This document shows, one piece after another, positions 26,820-41,089 of a stretch of 64,000 nucleotides of DNA (position 1 is the first letter of the stretch; each line of letters opens with the position of its first letter). The DNA is from Eledone cirrhosa (taxonomy: Eukaryota), in assembly GCA_964016885.1 (NCBI GenBank), contig OZ024741.1, forward strand, positions 284,208,001 through 284,272,000, given 5' to 3'. Made by a program: the position numbers and the translations under genes. The notes under the pieces are model-generated. The model saw nothing but the letters and a program-made list of their open reading frames with translations. It was not told the DNA's origin and did not search any database.

Positions 26820-28065
26820 AGTTTGGTATAGTTCCAGAAGAATTCAAAGCATCCAAACACTGGCTGCATAATTTCCTTCAGCGACACAAATTTTCTCTGA
26901 GAAGATCGACAACACTGTTCAAACTGGACGATACTGAGATTATTAAACGTGCACTCGAATTTAAGTCTTTTGTTGATGGAATAGACTTTTCTAACTACCA
27001 TCTCTCCAACATGATTGCTATGGATGAAACAGCAGTATTCATGGGTCAAAGCTCTCAATCTACAATTGATCAAAGGGGTGCGTCGTCAATTTACATTCCA
27101 TCCACTGGTTACGAAAGTGCACGAGTTACGTGTATCTTGGCAATTTGTCTCGGCGGAAGCAAATCCCCACCTCTTATCATCACTAAAGGCAAGAAAGATA
27201 AAATTGAACGTGTTTCAGGTATCTGTGTTCTGGAAACTGAAAAGGCGCGGTGCACACAGGCAGTTTTAAGGAAGTGGGTCGATTTCATGCTGCCATTGAT
27301 TTTGCGTGGAACCCAAAGAGGTCTCATAGTCTGGGATTCAGCCAGCATGCACCGCGCCAAAGATATGAAGAACTTTCTTGCAGAAAGAAGAATCGATCAA
27401 ATCATGATTCCCGCAGGAATGACCGCCTATCTCCAGACTCTTGACAAGGCACTGAATAAACCATTCAAGGACCATCTGCAAATGGAAATAAATGACTACA
27501 TCGAAAACAGAATGGCAAGAAATGAGCGGGGAAATTTCGTGAAGCCCAGCCTTCAAGAGATCGTGACTTGGGTGGGAAATTCATGGAACAAAATCACAGA
27601 TAGCTGTGTCATGAATGCACTACAAGCAGGCTATCTGGATAAGAACTCTCCATTCAATTCGACCTCTATCGCTCAACATGAAAGACTAGGGACGAAAATT
27701 CTGCAGGCAATTGAGTCACAAGGAAATATCACAGGAATCATTGAATCCACTGATTTGGAAAACAATGACATTCCAGACCAGGATGACATGATTATTTTTG
27801 AATAAATTAGTGGATTATTTCGCTCATGAGTTTTTGAATTAAAGGGTGTGTTAACTTTTAATAAATTTGATCTTTCAAGTAAACGTTGCGCGTAAATGCC
27901 GATTGTTTTTTCGTAATTTCCAATCATTTAGCGAATTTGTAATTTTCAATTTCGTAGTGTCGTTTTTTTGGTATATGAACCCCCTCCCCCGAAAATAAGC
28001 CGTAGTGGTACATTTCGGAGTAAAAATTAATATAAGCCATGGCTTATAATCGGGGAAACACGGTA
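26820..28065 (+). mobile_element. pogo/Tigger-type DDE DNA transposon, 5'-truncated, with 3' TIR
   Basis: FKASKHWLHNFLQRH (CENP-B HTH end). Catalytic motifs MDET, LIVWDSASMH, LQTLD (ORF 27011-27805). Terminus cggggaaacacgg-TA. Confidence 0.92.
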
Positions 28066-28287
28066 TTAGTTTGTTTAGCTTGTATTCGCCCCTGGGGATG
28101 TTTTGGCATTAGATAAACTATGTTTAAATATATGTATATACATATGCATGATGGGTTTCTGAAGTTTTTATCTCTCTAGTTTTACTCACAAAACATTGCT
28201 TAACATGTAGCTATAGTAGAAGACACTTGCCCAATATATATTTTCGCCTGTTTCAAATTCCAGTAGAGAGTTGGGTGGGGGTAAAGC

Positions 28288-28328
28288 ACTGTTCTGATGA
28301 AGGTCTAAACCAGAAATGTGTTGGCAGT
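28288..28328 (+). ncRNA. Decayed type I hammerhead (third copy of the 24906/25255 family)
   Basis: actgtt CTGATGA aggt-ctaa-acca GAAA tgtg TT ggcagt. Confidence 0.55.
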
Positions 28329-28469
28329 TAGTTATCCAAAGCTGCTTTTGCTGGAATCCACTAGATGGCGCTAGCCAGATAACTACATGTTGCTCTAATC
28401 TGCTTCATTGTTTTGCATGATTTCTACAGGCTATATGTCCTTCCGAATGCCAACCACTAAATTCATTTT

Positions 28470-28742
28470 ATAATGGCACCAGAACTACCAATTTATAGAG
28501 TGAATTGGGTGCATGTTATTGTGGCACCAGCAATACCACTTTATAAAGTGTACTGGATGCATTTTATCATGCTACCAACACTACTACAGTACAGTGTGTA
28601 CTAGGTGCATTTTATCATGGTACCAGCACTACCATTTTACAGAGTGTAGCAGGCATATTTTATTGTGGAACTAGCACTACCACTTTACAGAGTGTAGTGG
28701 GCACATGTTTTTGTGGCACCAGCACTACAACTTTACAGAGCG
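28470..28742 (-). repeat. 48-bp minisatellite derived from an antisense RTE 3'-UTR segment
   Basis: Unit gtggcaccagcactaccactttacagagtgtactgggtgcattttat at 28521, 28569, 28617, 28665 and 28713. Related to 16090-16160. Confidence 0.7.
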
Positions 28743-28842
28743 CATACCTAAATGGTTGAGAAGTGAATTCCTTAACTACTCAGCTAAAATTTTGTAGATA
28801 TAGATTATATATCATATGCTGACTTGTTTACTTCTCTTTCAG

Positions 28843-30792
28843 CTATGTCAGACATTCATATAAGCACCATACAACAACTACAGCCAGAGGTAGAACCAGG
28901 AAGAAATACACTAACATTAGTGGAGGAACCAACAACACCAACAACACCGACACCACCAACAACACCAACATCACCAACATCACCGACAACACCGACAACA
29001 CCAACACCACCGACAACACCAACAACACCAACATCACCAACATCACCGACAACACCGACAACACCAACACCACCGACAACACCAACAACACAAACAACAC
29101 CAACACCACCGACAACACCAACAACACCGACAACACCGACAACAACAACACCACCGACAACACCAACAACACCAACACCACCAACAACACCGACAACACC
29201 AACACCACCGACAACACCGACAACACCGACACCACTGGCAACACCGACAACGCCGACAACACCAACAACACCAACAACACCGACAACACCAACAACACCA
29301 ACAAACACCACCAACAACACCGACAACACCGACAACACCGACAACACCGTCAACAAAGACAACACTGTCAACACCGACAACACCGACAACACCGACAACA
29401 CTGGCAACACCGTCAACACCGTCAACACCGACAACACCGACAACACCGACAACACCGACAACACCGACAACACCGACAACAAAGACAACACCGTCAACAC
29501 CGTCAACAAAGACAACACCGACAACACCGACAACACCGTCAACACCGTCAACACCGACAACACCGACAACACCGACAACACCGACAACACCGTCAACACC
29601 GTCAACACCGACAACACCGACAACACCGTCAACACCGACAACACTGGCAACACCGTCAACACCGACAACACCGACAACACCGTCAACACCGACAACACTG
29701 GCAACACCGTCAACACCGACAACACCGACAACACCGTCAACACCGTCAACACCGACAACACCGACAACACCGACAACACCGACAACACCGACAACACCGA
29801 CAACAAAGACAACACCGTCAACACCGTCAACAAAGACAACACCGACAACACCGTCAACACCGTCAACACCGACAACACCGACAACACCGACAACACCGAC
29901 AACACCGTCAACACCGTCAACACCGACAACACCGACAACACCGTCAACACCGACAACACTGGCAACACCGTCAACACCGACAACACCGACAACACCGTCA
30001 ACACCGTCAACACCGACAACACTGGCAACACCGTCAACACCGACAACACCGACAACACCGACAACACCGTCAACACCGACAACACCGTCAACACTGGCAA
30101 CACCGTCAACACCGACAACACCGTCAACACCGACAACACCGACAACACCGACAACACCGTCAACAAAGACAACACCGTCAACACCGACAACACTGGCAAC
30201 ACCGTCAACACCGACAACACCGACAACACCGACAACACCGTCAACAAAGACAACACCGACAACACCGACAACACCGACAACACCGTCAACACCGACAACA
30301 AAGACAACACTGGCAACACCGTCAACACCAACAACACCGACAACACCAACAACACCAACACCACCAACAACACCGACAACACCAACACCACCGACAACAC
30401 CGACAACACCGTCAACAAAGACAACACTGGCAACACCGTCAACACCAACAACACCGACAACACCGACAACACCGTCAACAAAGACAACACCGTCAACAAA
30501 GACAACACCGACAACACCGGCAACACCGGCAACACCGACAACGCCGACAACACCAACAACACCAATACTACACCATCATCATCATCATCATTACCATTAG
30601 CATCTTCATCCTTATTCCTATTTTCCACCCTATTCTCCTCTTCTCCTTCTTCCTCTTCACCATCATCAACATTGTCACCAACAACATCATATATAGGAAC
30701 AAACCAAAGAAATGATGAAAATATAAGTTTGACAACTGAACAAATGCTGGCCACAACCAAGCAATGCCTATGCAAGTGTGTGAATAACTCTT
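28843..30792 (+). CDS. Internal exon of a host mucin-like membrane protein (Pro/Thr then Asn/Thr/Asp repeats, Ser-rich stalk, CxCxC)
   Basis: Acceptor ttctctttcAG at 28841-28842 and donor GTAAGT at 30793. Both boundaries are phase 1. The frame is open throughout and ends CLCKCVNNS. Confidence 0.8.
28929..30570 (+). repeat. 9-bp coding minisatellite (ccgacaaca and variants)
   Basis: Units ccgacaaca, ccgtcaaca, aagacaaca and ctggcaaca. Confidence 0.95.
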
Positions 30793-31389
30793 GTAAGTAC
30801 ATTTTTTATTAATGACATATCTTTCCTACCCCACACATATCATCAGCATTTAATGTCCACCTTTTACACATATATATATATATATATTTACCCTCATCAC
30901 CATCATTTTACAGCTGTTTTACCCAATAGTATGGGTTGGACAGATTATCATGTTTTGAGACAGATAACCGCATCTTGCTCCAACTTTCTTCCATTTTTTG
31001 GCATGATTTCTAGAGAGTGTGCTGGGTACATTTTATAAAGGCACTGCAACTCCCAATTTACAGAGTGTACTGGGTACATTTTATTGTGGCATCAACACTA
31101 GCACTTTACGGAGTGTAGTGGGTGCATTTTATCATGAACTAGGATATGAGAATCAGGGAGGATGGAAATACTAAAGTGGCAGAAATGGAGCCTAAGTATG
31201 TATGTTGGTAGGGAAGATTGGGAAGTTAGAGAGTGAAATGGGAAGGGTACTCCCGTACCATTGATTGAGAAGGCAAACAAACGACATCTGACTGTAAACA
31301 GTGGTGATGGAGGACAGTGTGTCTGCCTTTCCATATTGACATGGATTGAACAAAAAAGTAGGAATCAAGGATGTGAATGAGCAGGATAG

Positions 31390-32945
31390 GTAAGGATTGC
31401 CATTTATTTTAATCACCCCTTTCCATCCGCCGACTTTGTAATAAGAAGTTCCCCTCTATGGGCTTCTTATCTTTTCAGAGAGGGCCATCCTCGTGAGAAG
31501 GAGAGAATACTTTGCTGATCTCTTAGACCCAGTCCCAGCAATATCTTCTGATGTACACAAGGTGCATCTAGGAGTGATGACTAACTTCTCAGAGGCTGAG
31601 GTCACCAGAACAATTAAAGAGCTCAAATGTGGCAAGGCCACTGGGAAAAATGAAATTTGGAGATGTTAAAAGCCTTAAATAGAGAAAGTATTCTCTGGTT
31701 GACTCATGTTTGCTGGATGGCCTTGATCTCTGCAATAGCTATTGGGAGTGATCCCAATTTTCAAAATGGGAGACAAGAGAGATTTCTCTAATTATAAAGG
31801 GATCTCCTTGTTATGCCTCCCTGGTAAGTGTCCGGCAAAGAGAATTAGGGATATTGTCAGGTCCAAGATAGCTGACGAACAGCCTGGACAGCACAGCCGA
31901 CCAAATATTCATACTGCGGCAGAAATTGTGAGAGGACTACCAAGAGGTGTATGCTTGTTTTTGTAGACCTTGAAAAGGCACATGACCATGTCCACAGAAC
32001 TTGTTGTGGAAGGCTCTGCAGGTCTCTACAGAGCTATGTTGTTTGTATATGAATGCCCTTGTATTTGTGTTCAGATAAATGGTGCTTAGTCGAAACCATT
32101 CAATGTAGGAGTAGGACTCCTATTCACAGTCTTCATGAACAAGATTGACACATCCAGCTAGGCTGGAATTGGTATAAAGATTAACAGGTGTAGGATCAGT
32201 CAGCTGAAATTTGTAGATGACATGATACTACTTAACTCATTGGCAGGTGATATCTGACATGCACTTGATAGGTTTGCTGTTGAGTGCTGTATAGCAGGAA
32301 TGAAAATCAGACACCCATCCTCTTAAAAAAAGCCTGCACTCTATATGTGTTTTGAATTTCTCTGAAGTCATTTTCATGAGTGATGGAAGGCAGGATATTG
32401 AATTAAGTGCAAGAATTGCAGGAGCTTGTGCAGTAATGTGCCAGCTTCAGCATTATGTTATCAGAAGAAGGGAGGTAGGTGTATAAGCTAAACTCACTAT
32501 CTTTATTTTGGTATTTATGCCAACCTTCAACTATGGTCATGAATCTAGAGTAATGGCCGAAAGAATACAAAAGGTCGAAATGGGGTACCTCTGAAGGGTC
32601 TTTGGAGTAACATTACTTGATAGAGTGTGTGGCTCAGAGATCAGCGAGTCACACCAGTTAGAGCTGCTACTTCTCCAAATTGAGAGACCACAGCTCTGGT
32701 ACAACAGACATATAGGCAGAATGTCTAAGGAAAAAATCATTGGACAGATTTTAATGGTAAAACCAGCCAGCAGGAAACCCAGGAGTAGACCCTGAGCAAG
32801 ATGGTTGGATAAAATCTACCATGAGTTGGCTGGTCTCACTTGAGGATCCAACTGGATTAATTGGAGTCAGTTGCTTCCTACAGGACCCTCTGGAAGGTGT
32901 GATTGAGGACTCTACCCTTCCAGAAATAGATGGGCAAAGAAGAAG
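31390..32945 (+). mobile_element. Heavily decayed RTE LINE (RT region to 3' end)
   Basis: LKCGKATG, IPIFKMGDKRDFSNYKGISLL, FVDLEKA, FVDD remnants. Confidence 0.8.
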
Positions 32946-33200
32946 ACTTTAGTAAAGGTGAGTGGCTTCCCTTAAGTGTTTTTAGCAGAGTCTACTCTGC
33001 TGCAAGCATTCTGACTTGGCTTCTGGTTTGAGGATACCTTTTACCCTCCAGTCAATCAGTCTTGGAGGCTATGAAAAAGGTCATAGTCACTATGAAAAAG
33101 GTCATAATCACCCCCTGACTAAACAGTATAAGAAAAATGTGTCAAATTACTCTATGATTTTTCACAATTTTGACTGTTTCTCTTTGTTTCTCATTTACAG

Positions 33201-33526
33201 CTATTGTGAGACAAAACCTTACTGATGAATATCTCAAAAGAAAACTTCATGAAATTAAATCAGAATTGACTGTACCACGTAAAAACACGTCCAAATACAT
33301 TCGTTCCAAAATGAGTATGGCTGACGAACGTGCATCATCAAATATTATTGGTGTCATCACTGCGATTGTCGTGGTGTTTCCCTTTGTTCTTATACTCTTG
33401 TTTGATCTCTTACCACTACTCAAGTGGCTCTATTTAAACATACAACTCTACACACAAATAAACACAAACATCATCAACAACAACAACAATGATAACACAC
33501 TAAATACAATTAACACCACATATTGA
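33201..33526 (+). CDS. Last coding exon of the mucin-like membrane protein (juxtamembrane domain and TM helix)
   Basis: Acceptor tcatttacAG at 33199-33200, phase-compatible with the donor at 30793. Encodes LHEIKSELTVPRKNTSKYIRSKMSMADERASSNIIG then hydrophobic VITAIVVVFPFVLILLFD, a motif typical of expanded mollusc uncharacterised membrane proteins. Confidence 0.82.
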
Positions 33527-33559
33527 CATGAGACTCAGTCAAAACTAAGTCACACTTCA

Positions 33560-33616
33560 TAGCAACAGTCAAACCTACAACAATTTCACTACTACTACTA
33601 CTACTACCATCACCAT

Positions 33617-33667
<51 letters not shown>

Positions 33668-36250
33668 CACATCACCCCTACCACAGCACTAGCACCACTA
33701 ACAGCAGGAATACCAGTTGAACCACCACCAGTATCAAAACCAACCCAGGGGGAAAATGAGGAAAGCTCTCTCACTCCCATTCCCAAACAAATACACACAT
33801 AAACACACAAACAAACTCCCACTCTCCTCTGACACAGAGTCCCAAGACACTAGTCCCTCCTCATCCCCAAGTGAAGATGAGGGGGAAAACCAAAAAACAC
33901 ATGCCAACAAGCACACAAAACATACCCACAGCAAACACAGACCCACCTACAACAAAACCAACACCACAACCATAAACAAAAACACAACAACCAACAACAA
34001 AGACACAATTGCCACTCATGCCCCACAAAAGGAAACACATTCAGGCACTAATAACAACAGAAACACCCAACTTCATGTTACTAAGAAGGGCCAAGAAAAA
34101 ACTTATGGCCCTTGTAACACAGAGATAAGATATTGAGCAAGATGGGGAGATTTTTGGCCCTTGCACCTTCAAAGTGCTGATGGTGCAGATGCCAGTAAAC
34201 ACATATAAAAACAATAGGGAGAGCTTCCAGAAAACATGGAGACCCCTAGTACGAAAGCCTCATGTAGGTTTTTAAAGGGGTTCCAAAAGGAAACCCTACC
34301 AATTATGGAGGTTGAATCACCTAACCTCCACAAGCCCCTGGGACGTAGGTAGACCCTTCCTCTTTCTTTTAGCCAGCCAACATGGCCATCTTAGGTGTGT
34401 GATATTTAAATGTTCATGGCCTGGGATCGTCCTGGAAGCAGGGTTGCTTGCTGCATGTCCTCAGATCACTAGATATGGAAGTGACTTCTGTCAGCAAGAC
34501 CAGGATGTGACTGCCACCAGCTAGCCCACATTTTCAATGACTATCAGATCTTTGCATCACTTAGTCAGGGGAAGTGGGGTTGAAATGTTGTTGAGGAAAT
34601 GCCTGGATCTCAAGGTAAGGTCAAACTTACAAATTTGTGATCTGCATAGTTGACCTAGATAGGACACGTAGGTTAGGACCTGGTTACTGAACATGTTGTT
34701 CCCAGCATGTAAAGCTTACAGGGGGTAGGTCTCCATTTTAGTTAAGTAAAAGTTGATGGGGAGAGTGTGGGGTCATCAACAATAGGTGGTAGGGGGCTGT
34801 GAAGAGAGAGATTAGAGTAATATCAATAGTTTTAGTAAAGAAGTAGCACTATGAAAAAATAGAAAGGATAGGAACTGGTTGTTAAATTAAATGAGGTGAT
34901 TGAAAGTGACATTGCAACTGACGTGCTAGCTGTGAGAATGGCATTAAACTATTTCTTCAATAAAAAACATGAAGGCTACATTGTCAAGAGTCAACCATCG
35001 ATAACTGGTGGCTGCCCTCAAGGCTCACTGCTGTCTGCCAGGTAGGCAATGTGGTTAGTGGAAATTCCACTCTTGAGTTCTATAGAGGATTAGTAGTGGG
35101 CAAGTGCAACAGCACTCTTGGAGAAGCTCTGGGCATCGATAAAATCAAACTGACCGGAGGACTTTCAAGCTGGGACTACGGATAATTTCCAGAAATCCCT
35201 CACTTGTCAGTGCTACTGGAGGGCATTGCTAGTTCGATATAAACTCTACAGACATGAATTGTTGTCAGGCAGACCTGCCTGTGATGTATGCAGAACACTG
35301 AAACCATTCTGACTTGTGGAGTTATGTCGAACAGCTTTGTTCCCATTTTCAGAGGCTGGATTGCTGCAATGCACAGTGGGACCTGCTCGGTGGTCAAAGT
35401 TGGTGGCCACCTTTTGGAACCTTTTCAGGTCATGCGATTGGTCTGTCAATGTATCTTCTCTCCTCTCTACAAATGCATTGACTCTTGACCCTTTACTGCG
35501 GAAGATGGAGCTCTTGCAGGGCATCCTTCTCAGAGGATACTGTCAGTTTGAGATAAACTCTACAGGCATGGAAATGTTGTCAGACAGTCCTGCTTGAGAT
35601 GTGCACAGAACGCTGAAACCATTCTGCCTGCACTTGTCCAGTGTCCATGCATTACTGACTTGTGGAGTTATATTGAACAGCTGTTATCGCATGGAGGATG
35701 TATCCGGCTATCAATTGAGTCCATAGTGAAGATTGCCTCGCCGCCTTCTTTTGGCGGGGAAGGGCAAGCAGCTTTCTTCTGTCTGATGGTTGTAGCAAAA
35801 GAGGTGATGTGGTGGGCATGGTTGAAAGGACTGAAGACAGACACTTTTCTTTTTGGCCAATCCCTCATGAACTTTTTCAAGTTTCAGTTAGAAAGGAAGA
35901 TGAGGGTGGAGAGAGAAGTGCTGCCCCCCCAGTACATTTGTTAAAAGGTGGGTCAATGTAGTGAGAATGACCTGAGTGGATGGGCCTTCTCTGAGCATGT
36001 GCCTGTAGGCTGGTTGATTTGAGGGGGATTCTCTAAGTGTGGGATGGTTCAAGATTGGTGGGGTACCTGAGTCCCCCCTGGGTAATTCCCCCTCCCCCCT
36101 CCTATTGGGGGAATTCTGCTGTTTGTATTTTCATTGTTTATTGTTATTGTTGTATTTATTTTTTTACTCAATTTCTTGTAAACCCCCAATTGCCCCTGTC
36201 TTTTTGTATTGTCCCTATATGTAGGCCCTTGTGGCCAATAAAGAAAGAAT
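33560..36250 (+). mobile_element. Old rearranged Tx1-type LINE (same lineage as 7604-12898)
   Basis: Low-complexity ORF1 end, APE remnants, PIFRGWIAAMHSG, WWAWLKGLKTDTFLFGQSL. 3' end ggcccttgtggccaataaagaaa followed by ATT-like repeats. Confidence 0.82.
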
Positions 36251-36254
36251 TAGT

Positions 36255-37570
36255 ATTATCATTATTATTCCTTTTATCATGCAGTGTAGTTGGAAAATGC
36301 ACTGGAGTATTTTGACATCTGCCAAATCATAGCTAGGACTTCAGACAGATAATTCCTGCATGCATGGTCCTGTAACTCCTGGAGGAGTCATAGGGGTGCT
36401 ATATTGACATACAGCATTTCTAGGGCATTAAAAAAAAACCTGGCAGACCCCATCTCCTCTCCAGGTCTGAATACAGCAGATTTCTTCCAGAGAATACCAC
36501 AAAGCATTGTATTCGACATTCTAACCACTCTGCCAATTCACTGCTATCAGACAGATAATACTTTCCTTCAAATGTGTGCTATGCCTAGCAAAGCTGATTT
36601 TTGTATGTTATCAACCTTGCATGGTATTCCCTACAACTTTAAGAAATTTTAAAGTTTCAATGGGATTCACCCTAGTTCTCTGATCACAATTGTTATCACT
36701 TTTACATCACCCTGTTGCATTTCAAACAATCTTGCAATCTCCACTTTCAATTCAGACTACTTGTTTCAACCTCTTTACACACAATATTCATGTCATTTAG
36801 TATGGCTACATCTATGACCTGATAGTCTTTCTTGTTCATTACAACAATGTCCAGTTGGCAATGCTCATTTACTCTATCAGTCTGAAAATTATAATCCCAG
36901 AATATTGTTGCTTTTCCATCCTCCTGCATCACTTTACAAGTCACATGTTCATACCAATTCTCTATCACTTCATATTGGTATTTACAACATAACAGTCAAT
37001 GAAGGTACAAACAGACTTTATCAAGGCTGTACTTGTATTATTTTGCTGCAAGGCTCTCGCATCCACTTATCAAGTGGGTTACATTTTCCACATTCTTTCA
37101 ACAAAGCCTGCATTTCTGGGTGTCAGTAGTTTTGTAGATGTTATACTTCACCGAATTGGTAGCAAGAGTTTGGACTTGTGCTGAATCTATAAGGCTTTCA
37201 GTGGTATGCTTCAAATCATCTTGCTTAAGCCATGTTCATGATGTTGTTTTATCTTTAATATCCTGTGTATTTCTTTCAAACTGCCCGTGCATTCTCATAT
37301 CCAGATCTTCTTTTCTCTTCTCTTCAACTCTTTCGTTTAACTCTTCCTTTCCAACCATTTCTACTGCATTTACACACATATCTTCTGCTGCATATTGCAG
37401 CAATAATCCATACTGATGAGGCCTCTACCACCATGCTTTCTCTTCCTGTACAATCTATTTATATTTGCTTTAGGGTATAAACCTCCTTACAATGTCATTA
37501 ACTTTGTCTTTATATCTAGTCGCAAGCTAAAATGGACAACAAGACCTAGAGCAGCAGAAGTGACAAACAT
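36255..37570 (-). mobile_element. Decayed R4/Dong-type RLE retrotransposon fragment
   Basis: WYEH..ATIFWDYNFQTDR..LDIVV..VIDVAI and IQKSALLG remnants. Confidence 0.75.
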
Positions 37571-38249
37571 GAGCTGTGGCTTAAAATTCGTTGGCCATTT
37601 CTCCCCCTACTTCTTTCGTTCTTTCTCTCTCTCTCCCCCATTTTTCCTTTGTGCTGCTTTCTTCTCTTCACCCTTCCTCTACCCATTGCTTTGACCTGTC
37701 ACTTCTTTTATCCTTTCTCCCAATTTTCTTTTATTCCCCTCTTCTTGCTACTTCTCTTCCTCTCTTCCACTTCTACCCGTTGCTCTTGTTTGTCATTTCC
37801 GCTTGCTACCACTTCTGCTGCTGTAGGTCATGTTGTCTTTTTTAGCTGCGATTCGGTGCCAAACAGACGCTTCCTACTTCTCTACCTCCAATCTATCTGT
37901 CTGTCTATTTAATTTTCTCGTTTTACCTAGCATGCACCATGAGAAGAAATACTTAATTTCTGTTGCATGAGCCAGCAATTATATGAGTCCCCTCCATTTT
38001 AAATCGTTTGAAACTACATTCCAGTATGAGGGCTGAAGGTGTAATATGATGTTTGTGTCATTTTGTCTCATTCATTTGCATTTTCTTCCTTTGCTCCCCT
38101 CTCCATATCACTTCTCCAGGCCAACACACTTCTAGCCATTTATTCCTGTCCTTTGAGTTAAGATTTTATCGATGCCGTCATTGACCGCATTTTGCTGTTT
38201 TGGCAGCTATCCTTGCATTGAATTTTTCTCATTATTCAATAAAACCTAT

Positions 38250-38299
<50 letters not shown>

Positions 38300-38320
38300 C
38301 ACACACACACTCACACACAC

Positions 38321-38373
<53 letters not shown>

Positions 38374-38442
38374 CATCATCATCATAAAAAACGACGATGA
38401 TGGTGATGATGATATATATATATGTGGGCGGGGGGGGGGTGT

Positions 38443-38717
38443 ATACCAGGTAAAGCAGGTGACAATCAGCAAATAACAGGCATAAAGTATAAAGAAGTCT
38501 TTTTTAAATGGCCAAATATGAGATAGATTCATAAACAAGGCAGCATAAAGCATTAATGTTTAGCATTATGCAACAGGAGTTAAGCAAAAAAGAAAATAAA
38601 TAAATAAAATAAAAACTTGCTTATGAATCTATCACTCATATTTGGGCTTTTAAAAAAAAAAACTTCTTTCCAATTTATGTCTGCTATTTGCTGATTATTG
38701 CCTGTGTTACCTGGTAT
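38443..38717. mobile_element. Fold-back/MITE-like element with ~95-bp imperfect inverted arms
   Basis: ataccaggtaa..aatcagcaaata..gatagattcataa is mirrored by ttatgaatctatc..tatttgctgatt..ttacctggtat. Confidence 0.7.
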
Positions 38718-38989
38718 TTTAAGACATGCATTCCACTAATCTAACATTTGGTTCCTGAAGAGATTGGTGCTATATGATTGTAATGTTTGTTGATTTAATT
38801 AATCAATTAATCTGAAAATTATTATTGATGTTTACAACATAGAAATTAATGTTTGCAACGTAGAAATTAATAAAATGATTTGAATTATAATCTTTTGTTT
38901 CTACCTAAATTAATTTATTATGCTCTGCATTTTTCCATAAGTGTTTAACACACTGAACTTTCATGTACTTGTTAAAGAACAAAGCGTTT

Positions 38990-40540
38990 CCAGTCATAAA
39001 AAACCTATCAGAAAATGGTGGACAGGAATTCGATAAGGTATACACAATGTAAAGTATGGATGTACAAACGATGCAGTGGAATTGCTGGTAGGTTAACGGA
39101 AAAGATATGAACTTTATATGCAGCAGATGCTAAGAGGAAGTGAGCACAAAGAACACGTGAAATATATTTCTTCAGCTGCCAGGGGTCTCCATAGAAGTTG
39201 TGGATGGCTTTTGCTACCTGGGTGATCAAATTAGTAGTGGGTGGTGTGCACTGAAAGTGTGATAGCTAAGATAAGAACAGAGTGGAAGAAGTTTGGAGAT
39301 GTATTACCACTACTAACAACAAAATGCTTTTCTCTCAGAGTGAAGGATAGGCTGTATGATGCCTGTGTTCGAACCGCAATGTTACATGGCAGTGAAACAT
39401 GGGCCTAGAGTGCAGAAGACCAGTGGAGGCTAGAAAGAAATGAGTCGGATATGCTCTGATGGAAGTGCAATGTTAGTGGGCATGAGTGACATAACATAAG
39501 CAAACTGAGGGAAACACTTGGCATAAGAGGAATTGGTTGTAGTTTGCAAGAGAGAAGACTGTATTGGTATGGCCATGTGATGTACATGCAAAATGGCAGT
39601 TGCATAAAGAAATTCAGAGAAACTCCAGTGGCTGGGACCTATGGCTGGGACATGAGATGAGGTTGTAAGGACAGACCTTATAAAGCTAAAACTTACAACA
39701 GAAATGACTGCAAAGGCTGGTGTTATGCAGTGCTGAAGAAGACCTGATCTGCAGCACACACTGTGACCTGACCTCCCCTCCTCCTCTTACCAGCACTCCC
39801 CAACAGTTATTCTAAATTCACTACTTCAGACCCCCCCCCCCTCTGCATTCCTTACAGCCACCCCCCACCCATGAAGTGGTTGTTGATAGGAAGGGCTTCC
39901 AGCCATGGAAAGCTTGCCAAGCAACCAAACAAAAGGGCAGGAGGACCTTTCAATCATGTCAAGGGCATGACAACCTCCTTAGGTATTGGTGATTTACATG
40001 ATAAACACACCCAGTACAGGCTGAAAAGTGGTTGGTGATAGGAAGGGTTTCCTTCCATAAAAAACCTATCAGACAAAGGGTTGGGAGGATCCTTCAGTTG
40101 TGTCAAGTGTTTGACAACCTCCCTAATGTTGGTGATTTACATGATAAATGCACCTAGTAGACACTGTAAAGTTGTTGGTGATAGGAAGGGAATCCAGACA
40201 TAGAACACTTGCCAGAAAAAGTTATGTCAAAGGCATGACAACCTCCCTAGTGTTGGTGACTTACACAATAAACTCACCTAGTACACTCTATAAAGTGGTT
40301 GGTGATAGGAAGGGCATCGAGTCATAGAAATCTTGCCAAACAAAGGGTTAAGAGGACCCTCACCTGTGTCAAAGGCATTACAACCTCTCTTGAGCACTCA
40401 ATGTAATGTGAGACTGTACATAAGTGAGACATAGATCCCTGGCTTGCTTGGGAGATCAGTGGCTTCATTCAGTAGAAATTAGTATATATAGATCCATCCA
40501 ACCCTTGCTAGCAGGGAAAGTAGAAGTTAAATGATGTTGC
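38990..40540 (+). mobile_element. RTE LINE 3' portion with a tandemly reiterated 3'-UTR module
   Basis: FCYLGD, LYDACVRTAMLHGSETW. aagtggttggtgataggaaggg repeated four times (39875-40316). GAT-like tail. Confidence 0.78.
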
Positions 40541-40542
40541 TG

Positions 40543-40574
<32 letters not shown>

Positions 40575-40856
40575 GATCGAGTATCGAAAAATCGGCGCAT
40601 ATATATATATATACACATATATATATATATACACATATATTTATTTATTTATTTATTTATTTTCTTCTTGCATTTCCTCATACTCACCCCCTCCATATAC
40701 CCATATCTCGCTCCACATCCTCTTCTTCTTTAAATTTAAGTTTATCATGTTATTATTTGTGGTATATAAATGTTGAGATTTGTTGTAATAAATCACTGCC
40801 AATACTGGAATTGAACTTTCAAGACCGTTGAGGTATGCCATACATCAATTCATGTA

Positions 40857-40918
40857 TTTTATCTGACGAGGACGTGCTGAAAAAACAGCACAGTACCTTC
40901 CAAATATATATAATAAAA
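40857..40918 (+). ncRNA. Decayed type I hammerhead (GAAA changed to CAAA)
   Basis: ttttat CTGACGA gga..gtgctg-aaaaaa-cagcac..ttc CAAA tatata TA ataaaa. Confidence 0.5.
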
Positions 40919-41009
40919 CATATATTTTGATTATGTGAATGTCTTCATTTATTATTATTCTGAATTATATATATATATATATAGGGAAAAGTAGGACGTA
41001 AAATGATGA

Positions 41010-41089
<80 letters not shown>

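Noticed and set aside
28856-30802. 648-aa Val/Leu/Ser minus-strand ORF
   Set aside because: Antisense shadow of the 9-bp repeat. Splice sites and non-repetitive flanks support the + strand.
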